Positions 49,691 to 56,467 of a DNA stretch of 56,467 bases are shown here, piece after piece. The notes under the pieces were generated by a model that made no database searches, was not told the origin of the DNA, and saw only the letters and a list, made by a program, of their open reading frames with translations. Source of the DNA: Candidatus Woesearchaeota archaeon (GTDB lineage: Archaea; Nanobdellota; Nanobdellia; Pacearchaeales; GW2011-AR1); assembly GCA_964448605.1 (NCBI GenBank), contig CAYUZV010000007.1, positions 3,765 to 60,231 of the forward strand, given 5' to 3'. Position numbers and translations under genes: made by a program. The number at the start of each line of letters is the position of its first letter. Positions within the stretch are counted from its first letter, which is position 1.

Positions 49691-50444
49691 AAAAGCTGTT
49701 AAAGCAGGGAATTCATCTGCAGTTGTGCTTCCAAGAGCTTGGTTGGGTAAGGAAGTTAGAGTAGAAATTATTAGAAAAAGTCAGGGAATGATTCTTTTGG
49801 AAGTTATTGAAATATTAATGAATTATATTAGCTTGGAAAATGTTATTGGAATTTATTTGATTGGAAGTTATGCAAGGGGGGAAGAAGAGAATAATAGTGA
49901 TATTGATGTATTAGTTATTAGTAGTGAATGTGATGAGATAATTAATGAAGGAGTTTATAGTATTTTTGTAGTTTCTGAAGGTGTTTTGAAGGAAAAGTTA
50001 GAAAGGGATTTATTTCCAATTGGACAGATGATAAAGGAGGCAAAGGCTTTGCTAAATTCAGATTATATTGATTCAATAAATGTTAGAGTTAGTAGGAAGA
50101 ATATTAAATGGTATTTAGATACCACAAAAGATAAATTGGATTTAATTAAAAAGATTATTGATTTAAATAAGGAAAAAGTTGATTGCAGAGTTGGTTATAC
50201 ACTTGTTTTAAGATTGAGGACCTTGTATATTATTAAAAAATTGATTGAAAATGAAGATTATATGAAAGAAGAGTTTGTTGGATTAGTTAGAAAAGTTTCT
50301 GGAGGAAATAATGCTTATAATTGTTATTTGAATATTAAAAATAATGGAAAAAATAAGAGTTATATGAATATGGATGAAGTTAAGAGGATGTATGATTATT
50401 TAAAGGATTTTTTGAAAGAAGTTCAAGGATTATTGAGAGATTGA
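49674..50444 (+). CDS. AbrB-like (DUF2080-type) DNA-binding domain fused to nucleotidyltransferase
   Basis: KAGNSSAVVLPRAWLGKEV plus IGSYARGEEENNSDIDV, and a helical C-terminus. Confidence 0.82.
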   Translation: MNVQIKKAVKAGNSSAVVLPRAWLGKEVRVEIIRKSQGMILLEVIEILMNYISLENVIGIYLIGSYARGEEENNSDIDVLVISSECDEIINEGVYSIFVVSEGVLKEKLERDLFPIGQMIKEAKALLNSDYIDSINVRVSRKNIKWYLDTTKDKLDLIKKIIDLNKEKVDCRVGYTLVLRLRTLYIIKKLIENEDYMKEEFVGLVRKVSGGNNAYNCYLNIKNNGKNKSYMNMDEVKRMYDYLKDFLKEVQGLLRD

Positions 50445-50445
50445 C

Positions 50446-50496
50446 TTTCCATTTACAATGGAAAATAATTGAAATAATCTCCATTTACAATGGAAA
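50446..50496. promoter_or_regulatory. Tandem palindromic operator pair upstream of the AAA+ ATPase
   Basis: TTTCCATT-TAC-AATGGAAA at 50446-50464 and TCTCCATT-TAC-AATGGAAA at 50478-50496, directly before AAAGG-TTTATAAAT. Confidence 0.7.
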
Positions 50497-50534
50497 TTCG
50501 AAAGGTTTATAAATGAATTTTATTTAGAGTATTT

Positions 50535-51785
50535 ATGGATAAGCAATATTTAAAGGAAATAATTATTGATCAGAATAAGAGAAAGATAGAAGAGAATCTT
50601 TTAGAAAGAGATAAATTTAAATTTTTAGAGAAAAATATTAAAAATCCTTTTGTTGTGATAATCTCTGGTATTAGAAGAGCAGGCAAATCTACGCTTTTGA
50701 ACCAATTAAGAGCAAAATATCCAGGTTATTATATAAATTTTGATGATGATAGATTGATAAAATTTGGTGTTGAAGATTTTCAGGCATTATTTGAAACTTT
50801 TTTAGAGATTTATGGAGAGATGGATATATTTTATTTTGATGAGATTCAAAATATTGAAGGTTGGGAGAGATTTGTTAGAAGGCTTAGAGATTTAAATAAA
50901 AAGGTTTTTATAACAGGTTCAAATGCTTCAATGTTAAGCAGAGAGTTGGGTAGTAAGCTTACAGGAAGGCATTTGAATATTAATTTGTTCCCTTTTTCTT
51001 TTAATGAATTTTTGAGATATAAAGGAATTAAATTGGATTCTGATTCTATTTATCAAACTGAAATCAAAGCTAAAATTAAAAGATATTTTAGAGAGTATTT
51101 TTTTAATGGAGGATTTCCTGAATATGTGAAAACTCAAAATATAGAATATCTTAAGACTCTTTATGAAAATATTTTGTATAGGGATATAATTGTAAGGAAT
51201 AATCTTTCTAATGAGAGGACTTTTAAAGAGCTTGTTTATTTGGCGATAACGAGCCTTTCAAAGGAGATAAGTTTTAATTCAATAAAGAAATCTCTTAATT
51301 TGGGTAGTTCTACTACAGTTAGGGAATATTTTAATTATTTAGAAGATAGTTATTTGATGTTTTTAGTTCCTAAGTTTGATTATTCTTTTAAAAAACAAAT
51401 TTATTCAAGTAAAAAAGTTTATGTAGTAGATAATGGCTTGGCAAATTATTTGGGTTATAAGGTTTCAGGTGATTTTGGGAAGCTTTTGGAGAATCTGGTA
51501 TTTTTAGAATTGAGGAGAGAGAACAATGATATTTATTATTTTCAGAATAAGTATGAATGTGATTTTGTGATAAAAGAAGGTGTTAAAGTTAAGAGAGTTA
51601 TTCAGGTTTGTTATGATTTTAATGAAGGGAATAAGGATAGGGAATTGGATGGTTTAATAAATGCTATGGATTTTTTTAAATTGAAAGAAGGAGAGATAAT
51701 TACCTATGATGAGGAAGATGAAATAAAAATTGGAAATAAGAAGATTTTTGTAAAACCTATTTGGAAATGGCTTTTGGATAAATAA
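50535..51785 (+). CDS. AAA+ ATPase (AAA_14 + DUF4143 type)
   Basis: GIRRAGKST, FDEIQ, ITGS, LTGR, GGFPE, KVYVVDNG, ENLV, ECDF...IQV. Confidence 0.92.
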   Translation: MDKQYLKEIIIDQNKRKIEENLLERDKFKFLEKNIKNPFVVIISGIRRAGKSTLLNQLRAKYPGYYINFDDDRLIKFGVEDFQALFETFLEIYGEMDIFYFDEIQNIEGWERFVRRLRDLNKKVFITGSNASMLSRELGSKLTGRHLNINLFPFSFNEFLRYKGIKLDSDSIYQTEIKAKIKRYFREYFFNGGFPEYVKTQNIEYLKTLYENILYRDIIVRNNLSNERTFKELVYLAITSLSKEISFNSIKKSLNLGSSTTVREYFNYLEDSYLMFLVPKFDYSFKKQIYSSKKVYVVDNGLANYLGYKVSGDFGKLLENLVFLELRRENNDIYYFQNKYECDFVIKEGVKVKRVIQVCYDFNEGNKDRELDGLINAMDFFKLKEGEIITYDEEDEIKIGNKKIFVKPIWKWLLDK

Positions 51786-51899
51786 TTAAGAAAGTTATTT
51801 TTACTTCTTTGAGTATTTATTTAATCAAGAGTAAGGGTTGGTGGGGGGAAATGTTTTTAAAGGGTTTTTGATTTATTATTGAATAAAAAAGAAGGTTTT

Positions 51900-54038
51900 A
51901 TGGCATATAAGAAAACTCATTATAGGAATGGAAAAAAATATGTTTATTATTATGAATCTTATAGAGATAAGAATGGAAAAGTGAGGAAAAGATATCTTGG
52001 AAGTGAGGTGCCAGAGAGTTCTCGGAAAAGAGTTGTTAAGGATGAAGATGTTGTGAAAGGGAAGGAGAGTATTGTGGGTAGAAAAGTTAAGGGTGGTTTG
52101 AATGGTGGTTTGAGAAGCAAGGTTGGAAAGGTTTTTAGGAGAGGGGGTTTAGGTGGTGAAAAAGGAAAGGGTTTGAAAGGGGAAGGGGGTGGTTTAAAGG
52201 GTGGCAGAGTTTTGATTAGTGAAGAGGGTAAGAAAGGCGGAGTTGGTGGGAATTTTTTTAAAAGAGATGATTTGAAAAAGAGTTTTAGAAATTTAGGAAG
52301 GGGTTTTAGTAAGATTGGTTCTGGATTTAATGGAAAGAGAGTTGGAAAGATTTTTTTTATGTTGTTTTTTGTTTTTTTATTGGTTTTTTTGAGTTTTATG
52401 TTTTTTAATATTAGTGAGGAAGGTATTTCTGGAAGTTCATTGAATATTGTGAGTGGTGTTTCGCAACCTGTTTTAAATCCTATTGGTCGTTTAACAGGAT
52501 TTGTAGTATCGCAGACAATTGATGAAGATGATGATGCAGTTGTTGAGAGGTTTGATAAAGAGATTGATTTAGAGGTGAAGGAGCCGGTGAAGATGGGGGG
52601 TTTGGCTATTTCTGAAAATAAGAATAAGAGAATGAGGTTTGATATGGAGGGTGCTGGAATCAGGTTGTATTTTGATTTAATGAATTATTCAGAGTTTGTT
52701 TTAAGGGCTAATGAGAAGATTAGTGAAAAGCAGAGTGGTTATGGTGTTGAGAGTGGTTATGGGATTGAGAGGGGTGGTTTTTCTAATTTGTTTTCAAGTT
52801 TTTTTGGTTTGATTGGGAGAGTTGTTGATGATAGAGAGACTGGTTATGGAATTAGTGATGAGGATGTTTTAGAGGTTAAGGAGAAAATTGGGAATTTGAG
52901 TGTTAGTGAGATTGAGGAAGTTGCTGATGATTCTGATATTGAGTTAGGAGAGGATGAGTTTGATATTGAGGTTAATGAGAGTAAGGCAAGTGAAGTTGGT
53001 GCTGAGTATAAATGGGGTTATAAAGTTAAGTTGAAGGAGTTGGATTTTATAGCTAAGATTGAAGTTACTTCTGAAAAGAGTATTTCTAAAGTTGGTGATT
53101 CGAGTTTGAGAATTGGAAATCGGGTTTTATCGTTTAGTGATTTGGAGGAGATTGGTTATAGTATCCGGTTTGAGTTTCCTGTTTTAAGTTCAAGTGTTAA
53201 TAATAGTTTTGGGAATGGTTCTTCTGGTGGAGGGAATGGTTCGGTGGGGGTAAATGTTTCTGGGGCAGGAGGAGTGGTTTCCGAGGAGGGTGTGGGGGTA
53301 AAAGAAGAAAGCGAGGAATCTTTAGATGAAAGTGGTTATGGTGTTGAAACTGGTTATGGAATTACAGGTAATGTTGTGAGTTGGTTGACTGGTTATGTTG
53401 TTAATCAGATTGCTGAAAATACAATTGTTAGTGATATTGAATATGAAAATAAAGTTATTGTTTTTATTGAGAGGGATTTTGGTGATAATGTTAATGCAGG
53501 TAATACTTCACAGAACAAGGAGGGCAGTTCTAGTAATAATGAGAGTAGCCAAAACTCTGATAATTTATCAAATACTAATAATTCTATTAGTAATAATTCA
53601 CAAGAAGAGGTAGGTGGGAATGAGAGTGAGCAAAATGATGTTTACACCCTAATCGCAGGTGTAGATTTTGAGGACTTAGATGGAAATGGGATTGTGAGTG
53701 TGGGAGATATTATTTATTTAGACCCAAGTTTGATTATAATTCCAATTGTAGATGCAGAGGAATTAGATGAAAATCGGACTTTTATTAGGAATGTTTATAA
53801 TGAAACAAAAGAAAAAGATGATGATTGGGTTTTGATTAATGAGAGCCATTATGTTAGGGCGAGTTTTGAGGAAAATTTAACAAGTGATAAGGATATAACT
53901 GTTTATGCAAGGTTGTTTGATAGGTGTGATATTAATATGAGTGATTTTGTTGTGATTAATGGAACTGAAGTTTCTTGTGAGATTTATGAAAAGAAAAAGA
54001 GAATTGATGAATTAAGGAGGTTGTTGGATGAAAATTAA
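51900..54038 (+). CDS. Large membrane-anchored surface protein with basic N-terminal module
   Basis: NGKKYVYYYESYRDKNGKVRKRYLG, Gly/Lys linker, TM helix, repeated (S/T)GYG and TG.VV motifs, many NxS/T sequons. Confidence 0.85.
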   Translation: MAYKKTHYRNGKKYVYYYESYRDKNGKVRKRYLGSEVPESSRKRVVKDEDVVKGKESIVGRKVKGGLNGGLRSKVGKVFRRGGLGGEKGKGLKGEGGGLKGGRVLISEEGKKGGVGGNFFKRDDLKKSFRNLGRGFSKIGSGFNGKRVGKIFFMLFFVFLLVFLSFMFFNISEEGISGSSLNIVSGVSQPVLNPIGRLTGFVVSQTIDEDDDAVVERFDKEIDLEVKEPVKMGGLAISENKNKRMRFDMEGAGIRLYFDLMNYSEFVLRANEKISEKQSGYGVESGYGIERGGFSNLFSSFFGLIGRVVDDRETGYGISDEDVLEVKEKIGNLSVSEIEEVADDSDIELGEDEFDIEVNESKASEVGAEYKWGYKVKLKELDFIAKIEVTSEKSISKVGDSSLRIGNRVLSFSDLEEIGYSIRFEFPVLSSSVNNSFGNGSSGGGNGSVGVNVSGAGGVVSEEGVGVKEESEESLDESGYGVETGYGITGNVVSWLTGYVVNQIAENTIVSDIEYENKVIVFIERDFGDNVNAGNTSQNKEGSSSNNESSQNSDNLSNTNNSISNNSQEEVGGNESEQNDVYTLIAGVDFEDLDGNGIVSVGDIIYLDPSLIIIPIVDAEELDENRTFIRNVYNETKEKDDDWVLINESHYVRASFEENLTSDKDITVYARLFDRCDINMSDFVVINGTEVSCEIYEKKKRIDELRRLLDEN

Positions 54039-54339
54039 AAAAGAATTTGGAAAAAAGGGAATGGTTTTGTTAGTTGGGGTTTTGTTGGTTTTAATTATTG
54101 GAGGATTGTTTATGGTTCAGGCAGAGGGTGGGGAGGGTATGGGAGGAAATGAAACAGCGGAACTTGATAATTTAACTTCTTATTTGGTAACAGAAGGTTA
54201 TGAGTGGTTGGTGAATTATTCAATTGAGGATATTGAGATTGAAATTTATACTGAGAATGAAAGTGAGATTATAGTATTGATGAATGATATTATTAAATAT
54301 GTTATTAAAAAAGATAACGAAAGTTATTTAAATAAGTAA
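54028..54339 (+). pseudogene. Truncated 5' fragment of a secreted surface protein, copy 1
   Basis: KEFGKKGMVLLVG signal plus NET..LDNL...EGYEWL. The 3' end runs into the promoter of the next gene. Confidence 0.6.
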
Positions 54340-54352
54340 TGGTTAAAATAAA

Positions 54353-54967
54353 ATGATACAAAACAAAAAAGTAAAATTATTGGAAGCATGGGAAGGGAAT
54401 ATTTTTGGAGAATTTAGTATATCTGAGATTATGAAAATCACTAAAAAAAGAACAAAACCCTGGGTTTTTAATGCACTGAAACTATTGACAAAAAATAAAC
54501 TTTTAGTTTCTAAAAGAAAAGGAAATCTTGATATATATAGTTTAAATTTAAAAAATCCTTTTCTTATACAATTTTTTCAATATGTAGAGGTTCAAAATTC
54601 CTTAGATTTTCCTGAGTTGGATTTGATTATTAAAATAATAGAAGAGATTCCGATAAAAAATTATTGTCTTTTAATTTTTGGGAGTTATGCTGAAAATAAA
54701 CAAACTAAAGGTTCTGATTTAGATGTTTGTTTTTTAATAGAAAACAAATTCCAAGAAAAAAAAATTGCACCTTATGTTAATTCAATCAAATTAAGGAGTT
54801 TGTTAAGTGTTGATGAACATTATATAACATTTAATGATTTTATAGAGATGTTATTAAATGAAGAGGAGAATTTAGGAAAACAGATTTTCAGAAAACATAA
54901 ACTGTTTTTTAATGCAGATATTTTTTATCAATTAGCAAAGGAGGCTTATAAAAATGGATTCAGATAA
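54353..54967 (+). CDS. wHTH + minimal nucleotidyltransferase
   Basis: FSISEIMK HTH and FGSYAENKQTKGSDLDV. Confidence 0.88.
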   Translation: MIQNKKVKLLEAWEGNIFGEFSISEIMKITKKRTKPWVFNALKLLTKNKLLVSKRKGNLDIYSLNLKNPFLIQFFQYVEVQNSLDFPELDLIIKIIEEIPIKNYCLLIFGSYAENKQTKGSDLDVCFLIENKFQEKKIAPYVNSIKLRSLLSVDEHYITFNDFIEMLLNEEENLGKQIFRKHKLFFNADIFYQLAKEAYKNGFR

Positions 54968-55460
54968 TGAATTATTGTATTTGGAAAGAGCTGAGAATGA
55001 GCTTGATTTAGCAAAATCTATATTTAAAATTTCAAGAGATAATGAATTAAAATTAAGATTGGGGTTAAAAGAAGGTAAAACATTTTTTAGTAATGTTATT
55101 AGTAATGCATATTATTGTATTTTTTATTGTGCAAAAGCATATCTTTTGGTTAGAGGTATTAGAACAAAACCTCCTGAAGAGCATAAAAAGAGTTATGAGG
55201 AATTTAAGAAGTTAGCTATTTTAGGAAAGATTGATAATGATTTATTAGAAATTTATGAGTCTATAGTGATTAAGGCAGATGAACTTTTAGGAATTTTTAA
55301 AAAGGAGAAATCAAAAAGAGGAAAATTTACTTATAAAAAACTGCCTCAATCAAATTTAGAGCCAGCTCAAAAAAGCTTGGATAATGCAGAGAAGTTTTTT
55401 AGGAATATAAATGCTATAATTGAGAAAAATAAAGAGGTGAAAAAAGAGAATGAAAAATAA
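54954..55460 (+). CDS. HEPN domain protein
   Basis: YLERAENEL...AYYCIFYCAKAYL...EEH...R..FTY...NAEKF. Overlaps the MNT gene. Confidence 0.87.
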   Translation: MDSDNELLYLERAENELDLAKSIFKISRDNELKLRLGLKEGKTFFSNVISNAYYCIFYCAKAYLLVRGIRTKPPEEHKKSYEEFKKLAILGKIDNDLLEIYESIVIKADELLGIFKKEKSKRGKFTYKKLPQSNLEPAQKSLDNAEKFFRNINAIIEKNKEVKKENEK

Positions 55461-55683
55461 AATAAGGATAAAGGAAGTAAGTAGGATTTTGATAGTTGGA
55501 GTTTTGTTAGTGGTTTTGGTTGGGAGTTTGGGAGGAGTAGGTGGAGAGGGTATTGAGGGTAATGAAACTATTAATGAAAGTTTACAGGTAGAATTAGATA
55601 ATTTGATTTTTAATTTAAGTGAAGAAGGTTATGAGTGGTTGAGGTGTTTAGAATTAAATTTAATAAAGGAGGTTTTGAAATGA
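55450..55683 (+). pseudogene. Truncated 5' fragment of a secreted surface protein, copy 2
   Basis: VGVLLV signal plus GNETINESLQ.ELDNL...EGYEWL, then diverges into the next gene's RBS. Confidence 0.6.
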
Positions 55684-56162
55684 GTGAAGAAATAAATATA
55701 AGAAAAAGAGAATTTGATTATTACATTTATATAGATTATTCAGAAAATTTTTTAGGTTATTTAATATTGAATGCAAATAATTTTAAAAATATATTGCCGA
55801 AAATTTTGAGATTGAGGCATTATAAAAATGCAAGGAATAGAAAACTTTATCTTAAGAATGTTAAAAAAACAATCAAGAAAAAGAGGATTCAGGAGTTTTT
55901 TTGTAAGTTAAAAATTAGAGAATTAAGATTTACTCCTGAAATTTATTCTGATATTGTTGGATTTATTAGTAAATATAGAGAATATAATATTTTTATTTCA
56001 ATAGATGATAGTCAATATAATAATTTTAAGAAACTTGTAGATGTATTAAATGGAAAAAATGTTTTAATTAAAAGAGAAAGCGAACTTAAAAAAGGAAGTT
56101 CTGAATATCAATTAAGTTTATTGCTTGATAATTTATTAAATATAGAGAGGGCTAAAAAATGA
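55680..56162 (+). CDS. Basic protein with DUF3800/RNase H-like acidic motifs (putative nuclease)
   Basis: GGAGGT RBS and ATG 55680; YIYIDYSE, ISIDD, QLSLLLDNLLN. Family assignment is from motif resemblance only. Confidence 0.6.
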   Translation: MSEEINIRKREFDYYIYIDYSENFLGYLILNANNFKNILPKILRLRHYKNARNRKLYLKNVKKTIKKKRIQEFFCKLKIRELRFTPEIYSDIVGFISKYREYNIFISIDDSQYNNFKKLVDVLNGKNVLIKRESELKKGSSEYQLSLLLDNLLNIERAKK

Positions 56163-56176
56163 GAAATTTAGATGAT

Positions 56177-56250
56177 TTAAGAGTAAGAGCAACCATCTAT
56201 CCTACTAACCGCCTCAATGGACGGGATTCGTCAGGTTGCTTTCCTCTTAA
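56177..56250 (-). ncRNA. Candidate ~75-nt structured RNA convergent with the DUF3800-like gene
   Basis: + strand TTAAGAG..AGAGCAACC / GGTTGCTTT.CTCTTAA closing stem around a GC-rich core. Minus-strand AAAAG-TTTTATATA promoter at about 56273-56286. Confidence 0.6.
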
Positions 56251-56298
56251 TGAAATACATAGGAATAATAAATATATAAAACTTTTGGTTAAGAAAAA

Positions 56299-56454
56299 AT
56301 GGTGAATGAAAAAGAGTTTGGGAAAAAGGGAATGGTTTTGTTAGTTGGGGGTGGCGAAGGGGGTGGGTTTAATGAAATTATTAATGAAAGTTTGCAGTTT
56401 CAGGATGAGTTAGATAATTTGATTCAGAGTAAAATAAAACTGCACTATTTTATA
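56299..56454 (+). pseudogene. Truncated 5' fragment of a secreted surface protein, copy 3
   Basis: MVNEKEFGKKGMVLLVGGGEGGGFNEIINESLQFQDELDNLI: hydrophobic core deleted, then interrupted by repeat A. Confidence 0.55.
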
Positions 56455-56455
56455 A
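56422..56455. repeat. Repeat family A, copy 3 (cut by the contig end)
   Basis: ATTCAGAGTAAAATAAAACTGCACTATTTTATAA matches the sequence starting at 17652. Confidence 0.85.
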
Positions 56456-56467
56456 GATCGGAAGAGC
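56455..56467 (+). other. Illumina adapter remnant
   Basis: The terminal 13 nt are AGATCGGAAGAGC, the standard TruSeq adapter prefix. Confidence 0.93.

Noticed and set aside
56190-56240. Hammerhead ribozyme (minus strand CUGACGA followed by an AUCC/GGAU stem)
   Set aside because: The required GAAA after stem II is AGAU here, and no stem III or cleavage triplet is apparent.
40187-56454. Diversity-generating retroelement (known in DPANN)
   Set aside because: No reverse transcriptase and no TR/VR pair differing at adenines was seen. The repeated fragments differ by indels and mixed substitutions.
44514-56467. Integrated element at tRNA-Arg
   Set aside because: No integrase and no duplicated tRNA 3' end were seen; housekeeping proS and dys follow.

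Overview
AT-rich archaeal chromosome fragment, most likely a DPANN lineage. Pacearchaeota is suggested by the fused Rpo1N/Rpo1C, unsplit Rpo2, class III signal-peptide pilin cluster and large surface proteins; this is an inference, no search was run. Core genes: EF-1beta, RPA, rpoH-rpoB-rpoA, a type IV pilus locus, archease/rtcB, EndoQ-like PHP nuclease, ftsY, Hef-type helicase, proS, deoxyhypusine synthase and tRNA-Arg(TCG). Accessory content: four nucleotidyltransferase/HEPN-type modules, a NYN nuclease, an AAA+ ATPase and several decaying small ORFs. Most notable observations: (1) a DUF3800/RNase H-like gene facing a convergent ~75-nt structured RNA candidate with its own promoter; (2) three truncated copies of the 5' end of one surface-protein gene alternating with TA/nuclease cargo; (3) several families of dispersed palindromic repeats with compensatory base changes; (4) two large membrane-anchored proteins sharing a basic N-terminal cytoplasmic module. 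Both ends look like assembly artefacts: a 55-bp duplication on the left and Illumina adapter sequence on the right.
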